A stretch of DNA of 42,433 nt, taken from an uncultured Cytophagia bacterium. Lineage in GTDB: Bacteria; Zhuqueibacterota; Zhuqueibacteria; Zhuqueibacterales; Zhuqueibacteraceae. The number at the start of each line of letters is the position of its first letter. Within the stretch, counting starts at the first letter, position 1. Both the position numbers and the translations under genes were made by a program. The stretch is taken from the NCBI GenBank assembly GCA_964447935.1, contig CAYUVM010000001.1, positions 1-42,433 of the forward strand, in the 5' to 3' direction. Shown here piece after piece: positions 32,822 to 40,138 of the stretch. Below the pieces are notes generated by a model, which was not told where the DNA came from, did not search any database, and worked only from the letters and a program-made list of their open reading frames with translations.

Positions 32822-33388
32822 TTATTTCTTCCCCACTGAAAACTTTAACATGCCTTTGAGGCCGAGGTACGTGAACTCGGAAATTGAATACTCCGCATTC
32901 AGGTCAAGCGGGCCCAGCGTGGCACCGGCCATCGGGATAAGGGCAAAGTCGGTGGAGCCGGTCAAGGCGCTGCCGCCGAGCACGTCATTATCGTCGTTGA
33001 CGCTGACGGAAAAAATGTGCACACCAACTTCGCCACCAACCCACAGGCGCGTTTTGGCGTCTTCCGGTCCGAAATAATACCGCCCGCCCGAAGTAATGGG
33101 AATGACTTTCCATTTGTACTCGTAGCCGGTCGAAAATCCAAAAAACGTAAATTCCTTAGCGCCAAAAGGATAATAGCCGATCATGCCGGTAAGCACGATG
33201 TTATCCAGGCCCTCGTACTTATAGAATCCCCGCACGCTGGCGCCGTAGCCAGTGCCGGCAACGTCTTTTAAGCTGCCTGTCGGCAAAGCCAGCCCGCCGC
33301 CAACAGCAATCGCCTGAAGTTGGGCAAAGGCCGAGGAGGTAAAAACCAGCGCCACAAAAAAAACCGTAATAATCGTCAATCTTTTCAC
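32822..33388 (-). CDS. Small outer-membrane beta-barrel protein (OmpA-barrel/OmpW-like class)
   Basis: AAAGGAG lies 7 nt upstream of the GTG at 33388, giving (M)KRLTIITVFFVALVFTSSAFAQ as signal peptide. The rest shows alternating hydrophobic/Gly-Tyr strand patterns (GASVRGFYKY, IVLTGMIGYYPF, GYEYKWKVIPIT, RLWVGGEVGVHIF, LDLNAEYSISEFTYLGLKGMLKF). Confidence 0.65.
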   Translation of the reverse strand: MKRLTIITVFFVALVFTSSAFAQLQAIAVGGGLALPTGSLKDVAGTGYGASVRGFYKYEGLDNIVLTGMIGYYPFGAKEFTFFGFSTGYEYKWKVIPITSGGRYYFGPEDAKTRLWVGGEVGVHIFSVSVNDDNDVLGGSALTGSTDFALIPMAGATLGPLDLNAEYSISEFTYLGLKGMLKFSVGKK

Positions 33389-33669
33389 AATGAATCTCCT
33401 TTCCAGAAAGTTTAAGTGTTGTAAGGGTTGAAACAAATATGAAACAAAAGAATGTCGTGGTTTCGAGGCTTAAAATCTATAGGGAGGTGGCGCACTTGCT
33501 AAGAAAAAGGCTTGCCACATATAGACATTTTCCTTGTCAGTTCAGGGAAATTCACTTGCCACCGTGCAAACGAATCGAGTGAAATCCTTAGTGCTTGCGC
33601 CAAAGGCTTAGTGAAAATGTGGCCCCGGCAATTTACATTATCTCGATCACGCGTATCTTGTGCGACGCT

Positions 33670-33712
33670 GAAATAATGAGGCCCAGGGGGAGCCTCATTA
33701 TTTCTCTTTTGA
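33670..33712 (+). terminator. Terminator-like hairpin plus T-rich tail upstream of the histidine kinase gene (orphan terminator or attenuator)
   Basis: G-AAATAATGAGGC (33670-33682), a 9-nt loop, then GCCTCATTATTT-C (33692-33704) form a 13-bp perfect stem. It is followed by TCTTTTGATT on the plus strand. No plus-strand gene lies upstream of it. Confidence 0.4.
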
Positions 33713-33733
33713 TTCATCGCGAAAATTCTTAGA

Positions 33734-34570
33734 ATGAATATGTCATCTCTAAGGAGCGCGATCGTGATCGAAATGGAATCCATGCAGTTCATTATTGCCA
33801 TCGCTTTTATCACCGGCATGATCATTATTGTCGTCACCGCTTATGCGTATCATTTCATCGTCTCTGGGCGCAAATTGCACCAAACCCAGGAAAAGCTCAA
33901 GGCCCTCGCCGCCACCCTGTCGGAAACCGAAGAGCGCGAAAGAAAGCGCATTGCCGAAGACTTACACGACCGTGTCGGCGAAATTCTCGCGGCGTCTTCG
34001 CGCAATCTCGATGTGCTGATGAAGCAAAACCTTTCCGAGGAATTTCGCCGCGAACTCGGCGCCCTCCGCGAAAAGCTCGACGAGCTGAAAAAGGGCACGG
34101 GCAATTTGATCTTTGCGTTGATTCCCTCGGTGCTGTACGACATTGGATTTGTCGAGGCCGTGGAAGATTCGGTAACGGATTTCAGCCGGCAGTATCGTGT
34201 CGCCATTCGCGTCAAAAACAATTTACAGAATCCTCCGCCGAACCAGGAGATCGCGACCTTTTTGCTCAAAGCGATACGGGAGTTTATGCGAAACGCTATT
34301 CATCACGGCAGCGCCGGCAAAATTCTCGTCAACTTAAAAAACGGCAATGATACGATCGCGATCATTGTGGAAGATAATGGCGTGGGTTTCACGGCTGGCG
34401 CGAGCGACTTGCTGTTAAAAAAAGATTCGGGTTTTGGCTTGTTTAATATTAAAACCCGGGCAGAATATTATCACGGCGGCATTGCGATGGCGGCCTCATC
34501 CGAATTAGGTGGCGCGCAGATTTCTGTCTGGACGCCTTTAAATTTCTCGGAGAAAAATCAACGGCAATGA
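33734..34570 (+). CDS. Sensor histidine kinase, HisKA_3 (NarX/DesK/LiaS-type), one TM helix and no obvious sensor domain
   Basis: H-box is RKRIAEDLHDRVGEIL. The N-box region is FMRNAIHHGSA, G1 is VEDNGVGF and G2 is GFGLFNIKTRAEYYHGG. There is a single N-terminal TM helix (FIIAIAFITGMIIIVVTAYAYHFIV). An alternative start is the GTG at 33764, which has AAGGAG 7 nt upstream. Confidence 0.85.
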   Translation: MNMSSLRSAIVIEMESMQFIIAIAFITGMIIIVVTAYAYHFIVSGRKLHQTQEKLKALAATLSETEERERKRIAEDLHDRVGEILAASSRNLDVLMKQNLSEEFRRELGALREKLDELKKGTGNLIFALIPSVLYDIGFVEAVEDSVTDFSRQYRVAIRVKNNLQNPPPNQEIATFLLKAIREFMRNAIHHGSAGKILVNLKNGNDTIAIIVEDNGVGFTAGASDLLLKKDSGFGLFNIKTRAEYYHGGIAMAASSELGGAQISVWTPLNFSEKNQRQ

Positions 34571-35226
34571 AGACCAAAATTTTACTCGTCGAGGATTTAC
34601 ACGTCACGCGGTCCGGCTATAGAGCCTTATTGGAAAAACAGCCCGGACTACAAGTGGTTGGAGAAACCGATAACGCCGCCGAAGCGGTTGACAAGGCGCG
34701 GCAATTGTCGCCGGACGTGGTGATTATGGATATCGGCCTGCGCGGCTCTGAAATGACCGGAACGCAGGCGACCCGTGAGATCACGGCGCTTGACCAAGGC
34801 ATCAAAGTCGTCGCGCTGTCGGTGATGGAAAAAAGCGCGTATGTGAAAGGAATGCTGCGCGCCGGCGCCTGCGCCTATTTGTCGAAAAATTGCACCGAAG
34901 ATGAGCTGATGGAGGCGATTGAAGCGGCAATGGAAGGGAAACGCTATTTCAGCAATGGCGTGAAACAAATCATTGAAGAAGATTATATCGACATCATCAA
35001 GAACCCACAAGCTCGCCGCAAGGGCGACCTTTCCGAGCGCGAATGGGAAGTTTTGCGCCTGACCGCGCTCGGGTTAAACGCCAAAGCCATTGGCGATGAA
35101 TTGCAGCTTTCGCCCAAAACCGTGGACGCGCATAAACGCAGCGTGATGAAGAAAATGCAGTTCAACTCGATCGTCGATCTGATCAAATACGCCATTCGGG
35201 AAAAGATCATTCAAGAGAGTGAGTGA
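34567..35226 (+). CDS. Response regulator, NarL/FixJ family (REC + LuxR-type HTH)
   Basis: The start overlaps the kinase stop (ATGA). REC motifs are KILLVEDLHV, DVVIMDIGL and VVALSV...YLSK. The HTH is LSEREWEVLRLTALGLNAKAIGDELQLSPKTVDAHKRSVMKKM. Confidence 0.9.
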   Translation: MKTKILLVEDLHVTRSGYRALLEKQPGLQVVGETDNAAEAVDKARQLSPDVVIMDIGLRGSEMTGTQATREITALDQGIKVVALSVMEKSAYVKGMLRAGACAYLSKNCTEDELMEAIEAAMEGKRYFSNGVKQIIEEDYIDIIKNPQARRKGDLSEREWEVLRLTALGLNAKAIGDELQLSPKTVDAHKRSVMKKMQFNSIVDLIKYAIREKIIQESE

Positions 35227-35876
35227 TTTGCAGCTCTCAACCGCAAAATCCCCACCGTAAATAAGAGGTTGTGGATGATGTTGACCACCGCGTGGATTTT
35301 GAACAGTGCGATCAACGTCTGTTGATCCTTGGTAAACATAAAAGCAAAAAGGGCCAGCGACGCGCTGTAGTAGAGGGCCATGGCAAGCAACATCCAGAAA
35401 CGATAATCGGCGGTGAGACGGGCCGGTGTCCGGCTCCATAAATTTTGCAAGGTGAGGAAGGCGAAGGTGCTCAACAGAAGAACGGCGAGCGGACGGGTGA
35501 TATAATTGTGAGTGACTGCTGAAAAGTTCTCTAAGCTGGAAAACTTCATCAATGCGAAGATTAAGATGAAAACTAGAATACTAAGGCGGGTCAATCTGGC
35601 AAGTGCGATTTTATTTTGCCAATCGGCAAGGATGATAGCTATCAAAACATATTCTATCAATGTATAGACATGAAAAATCCATGCGCTCTGTTCGCTTTTG
35701 GTTCCTAGTATAAACAAAACCGCTTCAACAAGAGCAGCAAGAGCAAAAAATACCCACAAAAATATGGATCTTTTGTATTGCTGGATTGAGTGTTTAAATA
35801 TGAAGATGCCGGCAAGAAATGGCAAAAGAGTCGAGATACCTGAACACAAAACAATAAGAGGGTTGCTCATTTCCAT
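35211..35876 (-). CDS. Polytopic (about 6-7 TM) membrane protein of unknown function
   Basis: 221-aa ORF made of successive hydrophobic helices (LIVLCSGISTLLPFLAGIFIF, IFLWVFFALAALVEAVLFILG, WIFHVYTLIEYVLIAIILA, LSILVFILIFALMKF, PLAVLLLSTFAFLTL, FWMLLAMALYYSASLALFAFMF, AVVNIIHNLLFTVGIL). It is AT-rich, and its 3' end overlaps the convergent response regulator gene by 16 nt. Confidence 0.65.
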   Translation of the reverse strand: MEMSNPLIVLCSGISTLLPFLAGIFIFKHSIQQYKRSIFLWVFFALAALVEAVLFILGTKSEQSAWIFHVYTLIEYVLIAIILADWQNKIALARLTRLSILVFILIFALMKFSSLENFSAVTHNYITRPLAVLLLSTFAFLTLQNLWSRTPARLTADYRFWMLLAMALYYSASLALFAFMFTKDQQTLIALFKIHAVVNIIHNLLFTVGILRLRAANHSLS

Positions 35877-36002
35877 CTTTTAAATTTAACTAGCGCGATC
35901 ATTCAATCCGTTGATATATTTGCCTTTCACTTCGGCAATAAATAAGCTAAATAAAAAACCTTGAGAATACAAATGTTAGGGCCTGAAAAATTTTAGCAGA
36001 GG

Positions 36003-36048
36003 GTAAAACCTAAACCTATCGAGCATCATTTCCGGATAGGTTTAGGTT
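36003..36048 (-). terminator. Probable intrinsic terminator after the paralog at 36054-36719
   Basis: AACCTAAACCTATC (36007-36020) and GATAGGTTTAGGTT (36035-36048) form a 14-bp perfect stem with a 14-nt loop. The hairpin starts 6 nt after the stop codon. On the minus strand it runs into TTTTACCC, which is a short U-tract. Confidence 0.45.
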
Positions 36049-36053
36049 AATTA

Positions 36054-36719
36054 TTAACCAGCCAATTCCACTATTGTTTGGCTTTCAATAGTTACCCCAT
36101 GATTCAAAAGGTTAGGCCAGCCGCAAATTGGTGGACAAATTATTGACAACTCCACCATCGGCCCGTGAAGCAGCTCCGCGCCGGATTTGTCCGTGCACGA
36201 GATCACGATGACGCGTTTGCCGTCCTTTTGCGCGCCGAAGCAGAAACGCAGGCCGGCGCATTCGGGATGATCGAGCAGTTTTTGAATCGCCTGTTTGCCG
36301 AAGAAACCGCCTTTCGGCTGGCCGGGCTGCAAGGTTTCCTGATAGCGCGCCGTCAATTCCGCGGCGGCTTCCGCAGAAATCTGGTGGCTCACGGCGCTGC
36401 GGTCGTACAAACCTTGCGCCGTCAGCGGCGGGTTCATCATGGAAACTTTAAACGGCTCGCCTTCCAGCAGATCATTGCGGTTGGCGCCGGTTCCCACCAG
36501 CATGAGCTGATTCTCGCCGAACAAATTCTCGCCGTAATAATAGCGCAAGCCGACAGCATTCGGCTGGTCGAGAAGCGCCCGCACCGCCTGTTGGTCAAAG
36601 AACACGCCCGCCGCGGCCTCCGTGCCATAATGCTCACGGTATTGCTTGATGAACGCGGCAGCTTCAGCCGAAGTGATGGCGTGATTTTCCTCTCCAGTAA
36701 ACCTTTTGAAGTTTTGCAT
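36054..36719 (-). CDS. Unknown cytoplasmic protein, internally duplicated (paralog B)
   Basis: AAGGAG lies 7 nt upstream of the ATG at 36719 (MQNFKRFTGEENH...); the ORF-track start at 36782 is an extension. The product is 221 aa with no signal peptide. It is about 87% identical to the product of 36926-37594. I do not recognise the family. Confidence 0.75.
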   Translation of the reverse strand: MQNFKRFTGEENHAITSAEAAAFIKQYREHYGTEAAAGVFFDQQAVRALLDQPNAVGLRYYYGENLFGENQLMLVGTGANRNDLLEGEPFKVSMMNPPLTAQGLYDRSAVSHQISAEAAAELTARYQETLQPGQPKGGFFGKQAIQKLLDHPECAGLRFCFGAQKDGKRVIVISCTDKSGAELLHGPMVELSIICPPICGWPNLLNHGVTIESQTIVELAG

Positions 36720-36855
36720 AGGAAGTCTCCTTTCCAATTGGTTTGAATGGTGATGAATAATTAGGTTGGATAAAATAAACAAGCCATTTTACAAAAGCAA
36801 GGCAAAAACAGCATGCCCTAAAACAGCAAGCATGAGCGCAATCCGTATGGCATAT

Positions 36856-36898
36856 AGAATAAAAAGCCCATCCAGAACTTGTGATTTTCTGGTGGGCT
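36856..36898 (-). terminator. Rho-independent terminator after the paralog at 36926-37594
   Basis: The minus strand reads AGCCCACCAGAA-aatcacaag-TTCTGGATGGGCT followed by TTTTTATTCT. This is a 12-bp stem with one bulged base and a clear U-tract, about 28 nt after the stop. Confidence 0.7.
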
Positions 36899-36925
36899 TA
36901 AATTAGGTATTATTTGCCGCTGTTT

Positions 36926-37594
36926 TTAATCAGCAAATTCCGACATCGTTTTACTCTCCGTGACCATTCCATGGCTCAAAAGATTCGGCCAACCGCAAAA
37001 AGGTGGACAGCTCGTCGACAACTCCACCATCGGCCCATGAAGCAGCTCCGCGCCGGATTTATCCGTGCACGAAATCACGATGACGCGTTTGCCGTCCTGT
37101 TGCGCGCCGAAGCAGAAACGCAGGCCGGCGCATTCGGGATGGTCGAGCAGCTTTTGAATCGCCTGCTTGCCGAAGAACCCGCCTTTCGGCTGGCCGGGCT
37201 GCAAGCTTTCCTGATAGCGCGCCGTCAATTCCGCGGCGGCTTCCGGAGCGATTTGGTGGCTCACGGCGCTGCGGTCATACCAACCTTGCGCCGTCAGCGG
37301 CGGGTTCATCATGGAAATTTTGAGCGACTCGCCTTCCAGCAGATCGTTGCGATTGGCGTCGGTTCCCACCAGCACGAGCTGATTTTCCCCGAACAAATTC
37401 TCGCCGTAATAATAGCGCAAGCCCACGGCCTCCGGCTGATCGAGAAGCGCCCGCACCGCCTGGTTGTCAAAGAACACGCCCGCCGCAGCCTCGGCGCCGT
37501 AATGTTCGCGATATTGTTTCTTAAACGTCAGCGCTTCGGCGGCGGTGATGGAATGATTTTCCTCGCCGGTAAACTTTTTGGCATCCGTCTTCAT
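36926..37594 (-). CDS. Unknown cytoplasmic protein, internally duplicated (paralog A)
   Basis: 222-aa ORF with AAAGGA upstream of the ATG at 37594 (MKTDAKKFTGEENHSITAAEAL...). It has the same architecture as 36054-36719 and its own downstream terminator. Confidence 0.75.
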   Translation of the reverse strand: MKTDAKKFTGEENHSITAAEALTFKKQYREHYGAEAAAGVFFDNQAVRALLDQPEAVGLRYYYGENLFGENQLVLVGTDANRNDLLEGESLKISMMNPPLTAQGWYDRSAVSHQIAPEAAAELTARYQESLQPGQPKGGFFGKQAIQKLLDHPECAGLRFCFGAQQDGKRVIVISCTDKSGAELLHGPMVELSTSCPPFCGWPNLLSHGMVTESKTMSEFAD

Positions 37595-37729
37595 CTTTTT
37601 CCTTTCAAAGTGGAATAGGAGTGAATAAATTCCACGGCCATGGAAATCGTGAATTGAGATGCGCGCACCAAATTTTTCCGAAACGGAGTGTCAAACTTTA
37701 GTTTGTCGCAATTTTCTGCAAGCTGAAGC

Positions 37730-37745
37730 TTGCACTCCGGTTGCA
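37730..37745 (+). promoter_or_regulatory. Sigma-54-like -24/-12 element with one mismatch in the GG (TTGCAC-N5-TTGCA)
   Basis: The plus strand reads TTGCACtccggTTGCA against the consensus TGGCAC-N5-TTGCA. Spacing is exact, but the first G of the near-invariant GG is a T. It overlaps a 7-bp inverted repeat TGCAAGC-tgaa-GCTTGCA (37717-37734) and lies ~70 nt upstream of a small ORF. Confidence 0.25.
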
Positions 37746-37817
37746 TGCAATAATAGCTCAGTCAACATTCGTACCAGTTGTCAACACGCGACGTTGATGC
37801 AGCGTTAGGTGATTGCT

Positions 37818-37937
37818 ATGGATGGAGTTAATGCAGAAAAACGGAGGGTGATAAAATTACGCAGGCGACAACGCGAGAAGAAGAAAAGGTCTATTCAAAG
37901 CGACCGTGGTCGAGAGAGCGCGACCGCGCAAAAATAA
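37818..37937 (+). CDS. Possible 39-aa highly basic small protein (not in the ORF track because under 60 aa)
   Basis: AGGTGA lies 5 nt upstream of the ATG at 37818. The translation is MDGVNAEKRRVIKLRRRQREKKKRSIQSDRGRESATAQK, with the stop at 37935-37937 and the strong hairpin at 37944-37981 seven nt later. There is no other support. Confidence 0.25.
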   Translation: MDGVNAEKRRVIKLRRRQREKKKRSIQSDRGRESATAQK

Positions 37938-37943
37938 GTCAAC

Positions 37944-37981
37944 CCGCCTCCGCTTGCGATTGGAATCGCAGGCGGAGGCGG
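37944..37981 (-). terminator. Strong GC-rich hairpin after the kinase gene (probable terminator, possibly shared with the convergent small ORF)
   Basis: CCGCCTCCGCTTGCGATT (37944-37961) and AATCGCAGGCGGAGGCGG (37964-37981) give 17 Watson-Crick pairs plus one G-U. The hairpin begins 7 nt after the kinase stop (37988). On the minus strand it is followed by GTTGACTTATTTTTGC. Confidence 0.6.
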
Positions 37982-37987
37982 AAAAGT

Positions 37988-40138
37988 TCAATTCGAGGCA
38001 TTCTGCGTTTGCAATACTTGCCGATACGCTTTCAACTTTTCCGGCCTGCCCCAGGCTTCATAAAGTTTGATCAGGCCTTCTTGCCCTTCGCGAATTATTT
38101 TTTCTTCATGCCCCGGATGTTGCTGAAAATAATCGTGGGCGCTCAACAAGAGTTGTTCGGACTCCTGATATTTTTGCAAGCTGATCAAACATATGCCCAG
38201 TGTGCTTTGCACCGACGCGAGAAGCCAATGTCCTTGTGGAAACATGTTGTGTAATAATGGCAAGGCCTCGCTTAGAAACGGCTCGGCTTCCCGATATTTT
38301 CCCTGTTTGCAAAGCGCTACAGCTAAATTTTTCAGGGGAAATGCTAATGTCGGGTTGCTGGCAGGTAGAACTCGGCGCGCCATTTCCAACACTTCGCGAA
38401 ATTCACGTTCGGCGGTAGGGTAATCTTGTTTTGCATCAGAGATGACGCCCAAGTTGTTCAGAACCCCAGCTAAATCCTCTTGCGAATCTGGAAGAAGACT
38501 ACGAAAAACCGCCTCGGCTTCGCGAAAAAGTGTTTCAGCCTCTGCCAGTTTGCCGCGTGTCATCATCGTCAAGCCGAGCTCGTTGGCGCTGACGCCCACT
38601 TCGTAATGTTGATTACCCAGCAGCTCACGATTAGTGGCGAGCGCTTCGGTTTGCAGCGTCTCGGCTTGTGCATATTTGCCCTGATTGTACAGTGACGCTC
38701 CCAGGCTGAATAAACTCGCGGTCACGTCAATATGCTTATTTCCGAGGCTACGGCGACGGATCGCCAACGCTTCGCGTAGCAACGACTCGGCGCGATCGAG
38801 GCGGCCGAGTTTACGATAGATGTCGCCAATTTGATTCAGCAATCGGGCTTGCGCTTCGGGCTGATTTTGCAATTCGTTGCGCGCCTGTTCGGCGCCGCGA
38901 TCCAATAACTCGCGCGCCGTCACGGAGTCGCCTTTGGATTGATACGGATCCGAGGCTGTGAAAATATCCGCGAGAAATTTTCCGACCTGTTGCGCTTTGT
39001 CGCGTTCACGTTTAGTTCGTTCTGCTTGCAGCGCCATGGCAAGGCCAAAACTGAAACTTAACAGTACGACAAAAACCACAATCGCGACCCCGAATTTGTG
39101 CAAACGCACAAATTTCGCGGCACGATAGGTGACTGTCGCTTCGCGCGCGCGCACCGGCTGGCCTTCGAGATAACGCCGTAAGTCTTCCGAAAATTGTCCG
39201 ACGGAACCGTAACGATCTTGCGGCGCTTTACGCAGAGCTTTGAGCACGATGCTATCCAGATCACCAACGAGACGGCGGCGCAGTTTTTGATGGCTGCCTT
39301 CGCGCGTCGCGCTCACCGTTTCGGGCGTCAGCATTTTGGTCGTTTGTTGATCCCAACTCAAAACCGATTCGACGCGGTTGATGGCGGTGCTCGGCTTTTC
39401 CGGCTCCTGTTCGCAGATGGCGATTTGCAAATCATACGCTTGCGCTGCGGTTTGGGAATACGGCGAATGGCCGGTCAACAGTTCGTACAACAAAACGCCA
39501 AGCGCGTAAACATCGCTGCCGGTTGTAATCGCCTTGTTTTTCACTTGTTCCGGGCTGGCGTATTGCAACGTCATGGGTTGCGTGCCGGTGACAGTTAGTT
39601 TGGACTTGTGGCTGGGCGCTTGCAGCCATTTGACGATGCCGAAGTCGAGCAACTTGGGCACGCCTTCATCGGTAACGAGGATGTTGCTAGGCTTCAAATC
39701 GCGATGCACGAGAAAATGCTGATGCGCGTGCTGCACACCGGCTAAGACTTCGCGAAACAGTTGCACGCGCATAGAAGTGTCGCATTGGTGCTGGTCGCAA
39801 TAAACGTCGAGCGGCTGTCCAACAATATATTCCATCACCAAATACGGTTGGCCGCCCTCGGTGATGCCGCCATCCAACAAACGCGCGATATTGGGATGTG
39901 CGAGCATGGCCAGCGCCTGCCGCTCTTGCTGAAAGCGCGGCAAAAGCTCTTCTTCATCCTCACTTTTGTTGACGAATTTGATGGCGACGCGTTGCTCATA
40001 TCCGCCGTCCACACGTTCGGCCAAAAAAACCTGACCCATGCCGCCCCAGCCGATTTGTTCCAGCAAACGATATGGCCCAACGCGCGCGCCGGCTTGCAGT
40101 GCAACCAATTTTCCCAATAAGGGCATTGCAGGCTTCAT
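37988..40138 (-). CDS. Hanks-type Ser/Thr protein kinase with one TM helix and a C-terminal TPR repeat domain
   Basis: Kinase motifs are GWGGMGQVFLA, VAIKFV, HRDLKPSNILV, DFGIVK and ASPEQ. The TM helix is FGVAIVVFVVLLSFSFGLAMAL. It is followed by ~300 aa of 42-aa TPR-like units (A..LL..AL.I.R..LG..H..VA.SL..LG..Y..QGKY.EAE). Confidence 0.9.
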   Translation of the reverse strand: MKPAMPLLGKLVALQAGARVGPYRLLEQIGWGGMGQVFLAERVDGGYEQRVAIKFVNKSEDEEELLPRFQQERQALAMLAHPNIARLLDGGITEGGQPYLVMEYIVGQPLDVYCDQHQCDTSMRVQLFREVLAGVQHAHQHFLVHRDLKPSNILVTDEGVPKLLDFGIVKWLQAPSHKSKLTVTGTQPMTLQYASPEQVKNKAITTGSDVYALGVLLYELLTGHSPYSQTAAQAYDLQIAICEQEPEKPSTAINRVESVLSWDQQTTKMLTPETVSATREGSHQKLRRRLVGDLDSIVLKALRKAPQDRYGSVGQFSEDLRRYLEGQPVRAREATVTYRAAKFVRLHKFGVAIVVFVVLLSFSFGLAMALQAERTKRERDKAQQVGKFLADIFTASDPYQSKGDSVTARELLDRGAEQARNELQNQPEAQARLLNQIGDIYRKLGRLDRAESLLREALAIRRRSLGNKHIDVTASLFSLGASLYNQGKYAQAETLQTEALATNRELLGNQHYEVGVSANELGLTMMTRGKLAEAETLFREAEAVFRSLLPDSQEDLAGVLNNLGVISDAKQDYPTAEREFREVLEMARRVLPASNPTLAFPLKNLAVALCKQGKYREAEPFLSEALPLLHNMFPQGHWLLASVQSTLGICLISLQKYQESEQLLLSAHDYFQQHPGHEEKIIREGQEGLIKLYEAWGRPEKLKAYRQVLQTQNASN

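Noticed and set aside
33493-33612. Recurrent CTTGC-containing words (CACTTGC, GGCTTGCC, CACTTGCC, GTGCTTGC) and a CTTAGTG direct repeat upstream of the kinase, as possible response-regulator binding sites
   Set aside because: Spacing between copies is irregular (about 16, 44 and 38 nt). The shared core is only 5 nt, and no inverted-repeat symmetry typical of NarL-type sites is evident.
33499-33837. 112-aa minus-strand ORF spanning the divergent intergenic region and the kinase start
   Set aside because: It overlaps the kinase N-terminus and the terminator-like hairpin. It has no SD and gives an implausible sequence (MTTIMIMPVIKAMAIMNCMDSISI...). It is most likely a chance ORF in AT-rich DNA.
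36165-37618. Full-length antisense ORFs (193 aa and 234 aa) covering both tandem paralogs, which raised the question of which strand is coding
   Set aside because: The minus-strand frames have AAGGAG/AAAGGA sites at the correct spacing and terminators oriented for the minus strand, and they give balanced protein sequences. The plus-strand products are Arg-rich (e.g. RRQFRGGFRRNLVAHGAAVVQTLRRQRRVHHGNF) and lack SD sites.
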